Positions 14,800 to 23,955 of a stretch of DNA of 28,961 nt are shown here, in pieces. The stretch's first letter is position 1. Each line of letters begins with the position of its first letter. The notes beneath the pieces were generated by a model. The model saw nothing but the letters and a program-made list of their open reading frames with translations. It did not search any database and was not told where the DNA came from. The stretch comes from a virus (taxonomy: Duplodnaviria > Caudoviricetes): positions 1 to 28,961 of the IMG/VR virus record IMGVR_UViG_3300023180_000291; one strand, given 5' to 3'. The position numbers and the translations under genes were made by a program.

Positions 14800-15237
14800 T
14801 TAGACTCTGTATACCGTAACTGCGACCGATAGCGAAACGCTCCCGGCGGTCGTTGCCATCGTGATCCCTACCGTGACAACCCCTTTCGCGCTGACCCACG
14901 CTGCTGGAGCGCTGCGGACGGTGCTGGGGGCGTTCTGTGCCAGCCCCACCACGACCAGGTCCCCGACTCGGGCGTCCGCCACATTGATGGTATCCGTTAG
15001 CCATGCGTTGGGGATGCCCGGGTTGTCCACGTTGATCGTGTCCGTCTTCAGTGCTCGCAGACGGGGACCGCCGACGGGCTCCGGGAGCAGACGGAGCCGG
15101 CGGGAGCCCAGGGCCAGGACCAGCTGCTCCGAAGCAGCGTCAAGATACAGGACCGGCCGGCCGGCCGGCGGGTCGGGGATCTCCCGCAGTCTGGGGAGCG
15201 CCAGGCAGGACGCCAGGATTCCGCGTAGTCTGCTCAT
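14800..15237 (-). CDS. Putative small tail fibre/tip protein (MSRLRGIL...)
   Basis: GGAGG RBS and ATGA overlap; C-terminal VADARVGDLVVV...AWVSAKGVVTV beta-sandwich pattern seen at fibre ends. Confidence 0.55.
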   Translation of the reverse strand: MSRLRGILASCLALPRLREIPDPPAGRPVLYLDAASEQLVLALGSRRLRLLPEPVGGPRLRALKTDTINVDNPGIPNAWLTDTINVADARVGDLVVVGLAQNAPSTVRSAPAAWVSAKGVVTVGITMATTAGSVSLSVAVTVYRV

Positions 15238-16844
15238 GTCCCGCCGTCCTCCGTGATGTCCAGCGGAAGCACGGCCAGGGTCAGGCGCGTCCTGTTGGCC
15301 CGTAGGTCCATTTGTTCCCGGATGACGAAGACCGGCCGGCCGGCGTAGCCGTCCCGCGTCCCATCCAGCCGTCCATACGCGGCAGAGCTGGTCAGGTGGA
15401 TGACGTCCCCAGGGGCATAGGAGCGCAGACCCCAGACCGTAACCTCCACATACTCCGGGCATAGGTGGCCCCAGGGCGCCAGCCGGTCCCGGGTCTCCAC
15501 GGCGATGTCTGCCGCATTGGACCGGGCTATCGTCTGATCGACCAGATCATAGGGCAGCTCCTCCCGGCTGGGGAGGGTCGTGGTGTTGCTGACGGAGCTG
15601 GACACGCTGGTTCCGTGGTAGACCCGGACGGCGGTGAAGGTTTCCGGGACGTCGGCGGGGTACCAAGTGACGCTGGGGACTTCGGCCAGGTCGTCGTCTG
15701 ATAGGTCCGCTACCTGCCGGTTCAAGCCGGCCGCGTTGGGGTCACGGGCGACCCTGGGCACGATCATGCCCTCCCGGACGCAGATCCAGATCCCAGCAGC
15801 GCCCCAGGTCTGGGCGATCCACGCGGCGGGGTCGTCTATTTCCTGCTCTACAATCAGTCTCCAATGGTAGCTGCCGGAAGACAGGGCCAGTATCCGCTCC
15901 GCTTGCGCCCAGGCGCCCAGGTCGAAGAGCTCCGCAGGGATGGCCAGCCCCCACTGCTGGGGGTAGATGTCGGCGGGTCCATTGGACCCGGTCCCGGTGC
16001 TGGTCAGGACACGCCGTAGAATGTCCAGCGGATGGCCCTCGAGCAGCACCGCGCTGGACACCCGGTTGCCAGCTGCGGCGTCCCCTTCGGTCGTGCCATA
16101 CTGTCCGGAGCTGGACAGCCCGGACAGGGTGGACACGGACTGTCCGGTGAAGCTCAGATAGAAGTCATCCCCGCTGTCCGGTGTGACCCGGACCGCGCCT
16201 TCCTGTCCAATCTCTGTCAGGAAGCGGCCGGCGGTGCTTCCGGTGATGGTCAGGCTGCTGTCCCCGGCGGTGTAGTCGCTGGCCAGTGTGTCCTGCTGAC
16301 CGGCGCAGCCATAGAAGAGCCGCTGGCGGACGTCCGACCCGCTCCCGACGGTGGACGGGCGTGTCCGAAGTCCGGTCTGGAGGTCCCAAATATCCACCCG
16401 GAAGGTAGACGGGTGCCCATCTTGCCGCACGCTGTATACCCGCCCCAGACGAAGGGGCTGATAGTCGCTCCGACTGTAGCCCGTCTCTCCGATACTCAGC
16501 CGGACGAAGGCGCCCCGACGAAGGGCCTGGGCAGCAAGGGCCAGATAGGACCGGCCGGCACTGGTCCCGCTGGGCGTCCCGTCGGGGATCTGGATCGTGA
16601 CCGACCAGGCGCCTTCAACGTAGCTCCACGACTGCGGACGGACTGCGGACGCGCCCAGGGCAGGCTCGTAGCCCCTCTTTTGAAGAAGATAGGCGAAGGG
16701 CTGGAGGCTTGGGTCCGTGCAAGCGAACCAGCGGTCCAGGCCAACACCTTCCCCGGTCGCCGGTATCCAGACGTCCAGTATCAGCGACTGGTGGACGCGC
16801 TGACCGCTGTAGAGCTGCTGTCTAAAGGAAACGGGCCAGGGCAT
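15234..16844 (-). CDS. Tail tip/hub protein
   Basis: Second gene after the tape measure; GHPLDILRRVL and C-terminal YAPGDVIHLT...TRLTL typical of siphovirus hub proteins. Confidence 0.65.
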   Translation of the reverse strand: MPWPVSFRQQLYSGQRVHQSLILDVWIPATGEGVGLDRWFACTDPSLQPFAYLLQKRGYEPALGASAVRPQSWSYVEGAWSVTIQIPDGTPSGTSAGRSYLALAAQALRRGAFVRLSIGETGYSRSDYQPLRLGRVYSVRQDGHPSTFRVDIWDLQTGLRTRPSTVGSGSDVRQRLFYGCAGQQDTLASDYTAGDSSLTITGSTAGRFLTEIGQEGAVRVTPDSGDDFYLSFTGQSVSTLSGLSSSGQYGTTEGDAAAGNRVSSAVLLEGHPLDILRRVLTSTGTGSNGPADIYPQQWGLAIPAELFDLGAWAQAERILALSSGSYHWRLIVEQEIDDPAAWIAQTWGAAGIWICVREGMIVPRVARDPNAAGLNRQVADLSDDDLAEVPSVTWYPADVPETFTAVRVYHGTSVSSSVSNTTTLPSREELPYDLVDQTIARSNAADIAVETRDRLAPWGHLCPEYVEVTVWGLRSYAPGDVIHLTSSAAYGRLDGTRDGYAGRPVFVIREQMDLRANRTRLTLAVLPLDITEDGGT

Positions 16845-17659
16845 TAGAAGACCCGGAAGCTGGAGGACTGGACCGTTTCACTGGTCGCCTGTCTGGTGTC
16901 CTGGAAGCTGCTGGACTGGACCTGCTCTTCGATGGTCAGCCCGCCGGCTTCGCGCTGATTGTTCGCCGTTGCCAGAAGTCCCTGCGCTTGCGCCTCGACT
17001 TCGTGAGGCAGCTCGACCAGCGTCAGGTCCAGCTCGTAGATCACCCCAGGGAAGCGGGAGTCATCCAGCCAGCGGGCGCCGCTGTTGGCCCCGGCTGCGT
17101 CCAGGTAGAGGACTGGGAAGGTGTACTGGGGACGGATCAGGGCGCCGGATGGGGCTGTATAGAATAGGTTGGTACTGAAGGTCAGCTTGTGACCCGTCCC
17201 GCTGGCTACCTGTCCGGTGCTCATCTTGACCCGCTCGTACCGGAGGGGCTGGGTCGTCTGGATGGTCAGCTCGGTGTCTGCTTGGAGGACTACGCCGGAG
17301 GTATAGGGCAATAGGTTGGAGTCCGTGTATACAACATTGACCCCGGACAGCGAAGAGCGGACCAGGACGGACAGGTACGCCAGGTCGGAGTCCAGACAGA
17401 AGGCGATCCGCCCGCCGTACCGGAGATGACTATCCAACGTGTGCAGGTCCCGGATCGTGTTGGGATGGTTCGCTGTCGTATAGCGTCCGCGAATTGTGAC
17501 CAGGCGCCCACCGCCCCGGTCCAGTCTGGTCATGGTCAGCCCTTCGGCGTCGACGACGTCCCGGAACTGCGAAACGTGGACGGCGGACACGTGCGGCAGA
17601 TTGATCGTGCGGAAGGAGCTGGAGCCGTCCGGATACCAGAAGATTTTGGGGGTTCCCAT
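16844..17659 (-). CDS. Distal tail-like protein
   Basis: Immediately follows the tape measure; overlapping stop/start at both ends. Confidence 0.6.
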   Translation of the reverse strand: MGTPKIFWYPDGSSSFRTINLPHVSAVHVSQFRDVVDAEGLTMTRLDRGGGRLVTIRGRYTTANHPNTIRDLHTLDSHLRYGGRIAFCLDSDLAYLSVLVRSSLSGVNVVYTDSNLLPYTSGVVLQADTELTIQTTQPLRYERVKMSTGQVASGTGHKLTFSTNLFYTAPSGALIRPQYTFPVLYLDAAGANSGARWLDDSRFPGVIYELDLTLVELPHEVEAQAQGLLATANNQREAGGLTIEEQVQSSSFQDTRQATSETVQSSSFRVF

Positions 17660-19407
17660 CAGTTACGGCCCCTCAACCCGGTGTCCGGGTCTGTAAACTG
17701 GGCGAACCTTCGCAGGAAGGCGTCCTGTGTTCCATCGTCGACGCCCAGAGCATTGACCACGACGGAAGCTTGCGACTGGGACGCCGTCGGCGCCCTGCTG
17801 ATTGCCAGCCGTGTTGCCCCATCTGCACGGGCCAGCCGGCCGGCGGTCGCGGCCCTTGCGGAGCTGGAGGACCGGCTCCGTCCTGTCGCCCGTCGGATCA
17901 GTCCCGCCGTGATTGCTGCGGATGGGCTGGAGGTGGCCAGGAAGTCCCCAGCCTGGGACAGTATCTCTCCAGTATCTAAGCCCAAGCCTATCCCGTCGTC
18001 CGTCCGCTCTGCGGACAGTCCCGGGATGCGGTCCAGTAGACGGGCGAAGACCTCCGCCATGGCGTCCGCGATGGCGTCCGGGAGCACTTCGGCCAGCTGG
18101 ACGACGAACTCTGGGAAGACATCCAGCAGGACCTCCGGAAGTGCTTGCAGTCCGGCGATCAGCTGCTGACCCAGCTGGTCCAGCTTGTCCTCCACACCCT
18201 GGGCGCCCAGCGCCCCCAGTGCAGACAGTCCGGAGATGATGGCCCCGGCCGGCCCCAGTGCCCCCAGTGCAGCGGTCGGACTCGACAGCAGCCCGATAGC
18301 CTGTCCAGCGCCCGCCCCGATACCGGACAAGCCAGCCTGGAAAGCGCCCGCCCGGGGATCTGGACCGACGACGGCCCCAGCGCCCTGGAGCGCGGCCAGC
18401 CGTTGGCGGACTTCTATCTGACGCTGGAGCAGGTCCACGCGCTCCTGGAGTGCTGCGGACCGCTCTGCAAACGGCGCGTCCAGGTCCACGCCCAGCCCCG
18501 TGGCGCCCGGACCAGTCCGGAAGCCTGCAGCCTCGAAAGCTTCGGCCAGAGACATGACCGCTTCCGCCTGCTGCTCGATTGCTTCGGTGACTTGCGTGGT
18601 CGTCGTGACGGCGCCGGTTTGAATGTCGGACACCGTCCGCAGATTTTCGGCGTAGCGCTCCTGGGCGATCCGGAGGTTGGACAGGGCGTTGGCTTCCCGG
18701 TCCACGATGGACGCCAGCCGGTCCCGCTCGTCGCGGATCAGCTTCAGCTGGACCAGCTCCGTCTGACTCGACTCCCGGAAGGCTTCGTCCCCCATCCGCT
18801 CCCGCGTCCGCTGGAGCCGCTGCTGTTCCTTCTCGAATAGCTCTTGCTGGGCTTGGGCTTCCTGCTCTGCCAGCCGGACCGACTCCTGCTGCTGTTGGAT
18901 CTGCTCCCGGTACAGGTCGGCCGCAGTCTGGGCGGCACTGTTGGCATTGAATTGCGCTTGTGTGATCTCGCCAGTCGCCAGCGCAGCCAGGAGCGCAGCC
19001 TCCTTTACCCGGGTATGGAGCTGGGCCATTGTGGTGGCACGCTGGGCGCTGACCTCCATAGCCTGGTTTGCGGCGTCCAGACGCTGCTTGAGGATCAGAT
19101 ACGCACCGCCCAGCGCTCCCGCAGCCACGGCGACCGGACCCAGGACGCGGAGCAGCGACCCGGACAGCCCGCCCGCAACCTCCAGACCGTCTGCAAAGTC
19201 GTTGACGACCCGGGCGCCCTCCTCGAGCGCTGGATTGATGCGCCCCAGGACTCCGCCCAGTCGTCCAGCTGCGGTCCCCACCTTCCCGGCCCGGTCCTCC
19301 ATGCGACGGAGTCCGCGCTCCGTTCTGTCGGCCTGGTCCTCCAGTACCCGCAAATTCGGGACGCTGTCGGCGGTGTCCGTGCGGACAGTGTGGGTATAGA
19401 CCGCCAC
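17659..19407 (-). CDS. Tape measure protein
   Basis: 582 aa, Ala/Gly/Gln-rich helical, hydrophobic LGPVAVAAGALGGAY segment; follows the chaperones. Confidence 0.85.
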   Translation of the reverse strand: MAVYTHTVRTDTADSVPNLRVLEDQADRTERGLRRMEDRAGKVGTAAGRLGGVLGRINPALEEGARVVNDFADGLEVAGGLSGSLLRVLGPVAVAAGALGGAYLILKQRLDAANQAMEVSAQRATTMAQLHTRVKEAALLAALATGEITQAQFNANSAAQTAADLYREQIQQQQESVRLAEQEAQAQQELFEKEQQRLQRTRERMGDEAFRESSQTELVQLKLIRDERDRLASIVDREANALSNLRIAQERYAENLRTVSDIQTGAVTTTTQVTEAIEQQAEAVMSLAEAFEAAGFRTGPGATGLGVDLDAPFAERSAALQERVDLLQRQIEVRQRLAALQGAGAVVGPDPRAGAFQAGLSGIGAGAGQAIGLLSSPTAALGALGPAGAIISGLSALGALGAQGVEDKLDQLGQQLIAGLQALPEVLLDVFPEFVVQLAEVLPDAIADAMAEVFARLLDRIPGLSAERTDDGIGLGLDTGEILSQAGDFLATSSPSAAITAGLIRRATGRSRSSSSARAATAGRLARADGATRLAISRAPTASQSQASVVVNALGVDDGTQDAFLRRFAQFTDPDTGLRGRN

Positions 19408-19601
19408 TACATCCCCCCAGTCAGCGGGATATTGAAGGCAATCAGCGCCTTCTTTTGTTGCAGGTTCGTTACTGCATCATCGAAGAGGGCCAGCCCGGAC
19501 AGCCTGCACGCCGTATCTACAAGCGCAGCCGCCCAGGTCCCTGGGGTGATCCCCAGCATCCCAGACGGGCTTGTCGAATATCTGCGGGCTTGTCGGTCCA
19601 T
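19407..19601 (-). CDS. Tail assembly chaperone extension (gpT-like)
   Basis: Lies between chaperone and tape measure; frame is open upstream through the chaperone stop. Confidence 0.6.
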   Translation of the reverse strand: MDRQARRYSTSPSGMLGITPGTWAAALVDTACRLSGLALFDDAVTNLQQKKALIAFNIPLTGGM

Positions 19602-19620
19602 ATGCGCGCATTGCTCCTCA

Positions 19621-20163
19621 TCAGCGACGAAACGGGCCCCAGAGTCCGGCTACCTCCTGAGCCGGCGCCAGAGCTGCGGACATGATCGCGGCCAGTCCAT
19701 CAATACGCAGGACACGCTCCAGGCAGAGCCGGACGCCGTCTTCGTCGTCGCCCTCTTCGTCGTCGGTGTCTACCCAGGTGATCGGGTGCCAGGTGTCTGG
19801 GTCGTCCAGATCCTGGACGTGCGTAACGACAGCCCGGACGACCCGCTGGCTCTTCTGCAGGGTGTCGGCCAGCGTGTCCAGCCGTTCCTGCTCCGACTGC
19901 TTCCGGGCCTCCAGCTCCGCAGCGGCCAGTCCGTCCAGGTCCTCCGGCGCCGGCTTCCGGGCGCTGTCGATAAAGCTGTAAAGCGTGGTCAGCAGGATAC
20001 CCAGGCGGGCAGCTTCCGCAACCCCGATATAGCGGACCTTGAAGGCAAGCCGGACGGAGCCCAGGTCCTGATACGCCACGGCGCTGGATGCGTCCTGGAT
20101 GCGGCTGAACATCGACGAGCCGGCCGGCCGGCTGGCCTGTTGTCCTGGGTCAGTTTGCATCAT
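19621..20163 (-). CDS. Tail assembly chaperone (gpG-like)
   Basis: Acidic helical protein between tail tube and tape measure. Confidence 0.7.
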   Translation of the reverse strand: MMQTDPGQQASRPAGSSMFSRIQDASSAVAYQDLGSVRLAFKVRYIGVAEAARLGILLTTLYSFIDSARKPAPEDLDGLAAAELEARKQSEQERLDTLADTLQKSQRVVRAVVTHVQDLDDPDTWHPITWVDTDDEEGDDEDGVRLCLERVLRIDGLAAIMSAALAPAQEVAGLWGPFRR

Positions 20164-21142
20164 GACTGGAGCTCGCGTTCTGGACGGCGATTGTGATGGC
20201 TGCGTCTACGGCGTCATCGTGTAGCGTCCACGTCGGGCGGACGATCACGCGACCAGACCCGGACAGGGGTGGCGCGGGCATATCGGTTAGCTTGGCGTTG
20301 CGACAGGTGAAGGCATAGTCCTGGTTCGCGCTGTCGCCCGTTGCGCTAAATGTCAGGTCGCTGGAAGTTTCCGACAGGTGGGCAGTATAGAGGGCGTCCG
20401 TAGCGGTCCCGACGTGACGGAGTCCGACCTGGACCGTAACCAGGCGCTCGTTGCCCTGGTCCACGTCGGTCGCGTAGTAAGAGCCCATGTCCCCGACGTC
20501 GGAGACGGCGTTATCAAAGCTGACCGTCACTTCCTGGGCGGTGTAGTTGGCGCTGTTCCAAGTGAACTCAAACGGGATGCCGGACGCGCTGTTGTCCAGG
20601 TGTCTGGAGTAGACGGCCCGGGTCACCACGGAAGCGCCGAAGGTGGGAGTTGCAGCAGCGCCGAAGCCGTCCGACTTGTAGCCGATAATATCCAGCTCGA
20701 GGAAGGCGACGGCGGACCGACGGAAGCGGATACGGCCCCCGGCGATGGCGCAGCCGGTCAGCAGCTCCCGCTGGCCGGAAGTGCCGATAATCTTTTCAAT
20801 CGTCAAATACTCCGGCGGGACGGTCCCCAGGGTGTATGTGTGCGTGTATGGAGCAGACCCGCCCGTGGTGGCGACGGCGCCCAGGAGCCCCTTCAGAAGT
20901 ATCCCCACCCCGGTGTATTGGAGCGGGACCACGATTGTCCCGGTGACCTGCTTGGCGCTGATATGCGACACTTGACGGGAGCCGCCCCAGACCGCTTGAA
21001 GGACCGGGAATCGCTCGTAAGTCGCCGTTTCTGTGAACTCAGCGCTCTGGACCTCCAACCAGTTGGTCCGGGATACGGCGGTCCCTCTTGTGGACTCGAC
21101 GCCGATCCCAATTGCTGTCTTGAATGGAAGAGTGGAAGCCAT
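20150..21142 (-). CDS. Major tail tube protein
   Basis: IGIGVESTRGTAV N-terminus, YTHTYT, LTIEK; 330 aa; synteny. Confidence 0.85.
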   Translation of the reverse strand: MASTLPFKTAIGIGVESTRGTAVSRTNWLEVQSAEFTETATYERFPVLQAVWGGSRQVSHISAKQVTGTIVVPLQYTGVGILLKGLLGAVATTGGSAPYTHTYTLGTVPPEYLTIEKIIGTSGQRELLTGCAIAGGRIRFRRSAVAFLELDIIGYKSDGFGAAATPTFGASVVTRAVYSRHLDNSASGIPFEFTWNSANYTAQEVTVSFDNAVSDVGDMGSYYATDVDQGNERLVTVQVGLRHVGTATDALYTAHLSETSSDLTFSATGDSANQDYAFTCRNAKLTDMPAPPLSGSGRVIVRPTWTLHDDAVDAAITIAVQNASSSHDAN

Positions 21143-21153
21143 CTCGGGATCTC

Positions 21154-21960
21154 CTATGCGTCGTCCTGGTCACGGACCTGGATCAATAGTCTACCCTCTA
21201 CGACTTGGCGCGTTGTGGTCGTGCTGTCGTCGGGGAGCTTAGTTGTTGCTTTTACGATCAGGGTGTAGTCCGTCGCGTCGGTCCCGCCGGACACCACGAC
21301 CCGGACGAAGGCGGTACCAGCGAAGCGGGTTGCCGCCTCGACTTCGATGGACGCCCCAGACCCGCCGGACACGCTGGACACCTCGACGAAGTCCAGCTCT
21401 TCGAACTCCAGGCGGTCGTTGTACCGGCGCTGCATCCGGCGGAGGACCGGGCTGAAGTCGAACCAGTAGGCGCGGCGGGAGCTGCTGGACTTGGAGCGCC
21501 GGTTGTCCGGGGTCGTCCGGTCCGGGGTAGGGTCACCGACCACCACCACCTCCGCTTGCTGCTCTGCGGTCAGGTAGCCGGACAGCGGGGACGTTGTGGA
21601 CGCGGTGATGGATGCGTCTGCGGCGTCTGCATCCCCGACGTAGATCCAGAGCAGATTGATACTGGACGCTTCCGCTTCCCAGGTGTTGGTCCCGCCCTGG
21701 CCGTATATCTCCAGCGTTCCGGTCCGGCTGGCGTAGGTAAAGGACGCCCAGTCATAGTCCACAAGGGTGATCCCATCGGAGTCTGTGACCCGGATGTCAT
21801 TGCCGGAGGACTGGATCAGCGACCAGAACAGATCCAGCGTCTTCGGGATCGTCACGGTGACGTCTTTGTCTGTAGATGCGCCCAGGGCGGACGCATCCAC
21901 GGCGATGGGAAACCGTGCTGCAAAGGGAAGGGTGCTGCCGGACAGCTTCAGCCAGGCCAT
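21154..21960 (-). CDS. Virion protein: DUF2341-like domain plus small C-terminal adaptor-like beta domain
   Basis: FWSLIQSSGNDIRVTDSDGITLVDY...LLWIYVGD; C-terminal YWFDFS...VRVVVSGGTDATDYTL...IQVRD. Confidence 0.6.
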   Translation of the reverse strand: MAWLKLSGSTLPFAARFPIAVDASALGASTDKDVTVTIPKTLDLFWSLIQSSGNDIRVTDSDGITLVDYDWASFTYASRTGTLEIYGQGGTNTWEAEASSINLLWIYVGDADAADASITASTTSPLSGYLTAEQQAEVVVVGDPTPDRTTPDNRRSKSSSSRRAYWFDFSPVLRRMQRRYNDRLEFEELDFVEVSSVSGGSGASIEVEAATRFAGTAFVRVVVSGGTDATDYTLIVKATTKLPDDSTTTTRQVVEGRLLIQVRDQDDA

Positions 21961-21961
21961 C

Positions 21962-22435
21962 TTATCGACCTCTGATGTATCGAAGGGTGATCAGGACGTC
22001 CAGGCTACACGGCTGGGACTGGGCGTTGGGCTGGGAGGCGAAGCGGGGGATAAACTGGACGTCGGTGACGTCCAGCACATTGACCGCGCCCAGGGCGCCC
22101 CCAGGCAGGAGCGCAGCGTCCAGGGCAGTCATTACGTCCGCCTCGATGGTGTCCAGCTGCGTCTCCCGGGAGCTGTTGGTCCGGTCGGCGCTGTCAGCGT
22201 AGACAGTCAGCGCATAGGTCCGCTCCGACAACCATCCGCCCAGGGTGGCCTGATCCGCACGGGCATAGCTGGCCTGTCCTCTCCAGACATAGGCCTGTTG
22301 GCCGGCCGGCCGGCTGCCCAGGGGCTCCATTCCGTGAAAGGTGCTCCCGGACAGGTCCAGGGCATAGGGGACGACGCCGTTGATGCTCTGGAGCATAGAC
22401 ACCAGCGCCCCGCGTACCTGGGCCGGGGTCGTCAT
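21962..22435 (-). CDS. Putative tail terminator
   Basis: Size, position and fold pattern (VRGALVSMLQSI...LDVLITLRY). Confidence 0.6.
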   Translation of the reverse strand: MTTPAQVRGALVSMLQSINGVVPYALDLSGSTFHGMEPLGSRPAGQQAYVWRGQASYARADQATLGGWLSERTYALTVYADSADRTNSSRETQLDTIEADVMTALDAALLPGGALGAVNVLDVTDVQFIPRFASQPNAQSQPCSLDVLITLRYIRGR

Positions 22436-22881
22436 CGAACATCCAGAGACAGCAGCGGGCGCAGCTCTGCGGCCAGGGCGTTATCCAGCTGGTCCAGGGC
22501 GTCTTCCAGTGCTGGCTGAAGGTATGGGCGTTTGGGGATGCGGACGCGGCGGACCTTGCGCCAGCCTCCGTCCGGCAGCTGGAAGACCAGCCACGGCCGG
22601 CCCTCGATGACCCCGCCGATCTCATGGATGCGGGCATAGGGAACCCCGCCCTTCCCGGCGCCCAGGGTGCCCGTTACCCGGCTTCCCGTCGTGTCCACAG
22701 TGTGGAAGATTGAGCGGGCCAGCCGGCCGGTCCTGCGCTGGAGGACGGCGCCGGTCGCATTGCGGACTGCACGGCGCTCCGCATCGGCCAGGACGTGCTC
22801 CACGGCGTCGGTCACCGCTTCCTGGAAGTGTCGGCGGGCATACCCCAGATCCAGGGGAAACTGCTGGATAGGACGGCTCAC
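22432..22881 (-). CDS. Neck/tail-completion protein (HK97 gp10-like)
   Basis: RRTGRLARSI, VPYARIHEIGG, IPKRPYLQPALE. Confidence 0.85.
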   Translation of the reverse strand: MSRPIQQFPLDLGYARRHFQEAVTDAVEHVLADAERRAVRNATGAVLQRRTGRLARSIFHTVDTTGSRVTGTLGAGKGGVPYARIHEIGGVIEGRPWLVFQLPDGGWRKVRRVRIPKRPYLQPALEDALDQLDNALAAELRPLLSLDVR

Positions 22882-23495
22882 GGGATGTAGCTCCCGGGCA
22901 GTCTGTAGGGCTCCAGCAGCTGGGCAACGTGCGCCGGGACGGTTTCATCCCGATAGGCAGTATTGAGTCCGTCCGGCGTGGATGCGGTCGACACACCACG
23001 ACGGTCCCGCAGGTCCAGGAGATGGAGGACCATCTCAATAGCCGCTGTCTCCAGATCCGCAGGGACGGAGCTGAAGCCGGCGGTACAGATGACCCGGACG
23101 GCGCGGTCCGTGTGACTCCATCCGCCGTGGACGGCGTCGACCTTCAAGACGATCCGCTCCCCGTGGTCACCGCGCTGGACGTAGTCGCTGGAAGCGACCA
23201 GCTCCGCCGACGTATAGACTTCGTCGGGGTCGTCGTGGATGGATGCAATCGCGGTCACCGGGTAGGGGTCGATCTCCAGCACACGACCGGAGATGACGCG
23301 CAACGACGGCGTCCCGCTGTAGAGGGTATAGGATGCACTCTCCAGCGATGGAGCAGCCCCAGCGGACGCTGGGGGGTATCCACAGAACCGGGCCAGGGCG
23401 ACGTCTGCACGGGCGATCAACGCTGACAGCACCGACTCCGATGCTGTCAGGTTGGGTGCCATTGCTGCGACGTTGGCCGCGCTGGTGAGTGCCAC
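22878..23495 (-). CDS. Head-tail adaptor (gp6-like)
   Basis: LSALIARA...FCG, YPVTAIASI, AGFSSVPADLETAAIEMV, LLEPYR. Confidence 0.85.
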   Translation of the reverse strand: MALTSAANVAAMAPNLTASESVLSALIARADVALARFCGYPPASAGAAPSLESASYTLYSGTPSLRVISGRVLEIDPYPVTAIASIHDDPDEVYTSAELVASSDYVQRGDHGERIVLKVDAVHGGWSHTDRAVRVICTAGFSSVPADLETAAIEMVLHLLDLRDRRGVSTASTPDGLNTAYRDETVPAHVAQLLEPYRLPGSYIP

Positions 23496-23504
23496 GGTCA
23501 GACC

Positions 23505-23891
23505 TCAGTTCAGAAGCTTGTAGACCAGAACAACAGACAGCTCGTAAGCCGGACCCGTGCCAGCCTTTGCCACGGCGAAAGTTACAGCGTCCCCGGTGTC
23601 CAGCTCCCGCTCTTCGCCGTCCAGCGCGGTCAGGATCGTCTGGGCCTCAGAAGCGCTTGCAGACAGCGCACCGCCGGCCACATTGGTCTGACGGGTGAAG
23701 ATGTCCTGGCTGTTCTGGGTCGCGGTGACCGTGATGTTGTTGCTGTTGTCAGCAGACACAGCGGTCAGGTTGGCGATGTAGGCGCGGACAATCGTTCCCT
23801 TTTCAGTGTAGGGCCAGATCACGACAGCGCTGTCCGTGGCGTCGGTGCCGGACATGACTGGACTGACCAGAACACGCTCTTGAATACTCAT
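23505..23891 (-). CDS. Putative capsid decoration protein
   Basis: Small beta-rich protein directly after the major capsid gene. Confidence 0.55.
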   Translation of the reverse strand: MSIQERVLVSPVMSGTDATDSAVVIWPYTEKGTIVRAYIANLTAVSADNSNNITVTATQNSQDIFTRQTNVAGGALSASASEAQTILTALDGEERELDTGDAVTFAVAKAGTGPAYELSVVLVYKLLN

Positions 23892-23911
23892 GGTGATACT
23901 CCAATGTGTGC

Positions 23912-23947
23912 GACACCCCGGCCGGCCGGCCGGCTGGTCAGGGTGTC
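23912..23947 (-). terminator. Stem-loop after the capsid gene enclosing a (CCGG)4 tract
   Basis: GACACCC (23912) and GGGTGTC (23941); no strong U-tract. Confidence 0.4.
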
Positions 23948-23955
23948 AGGATTGA

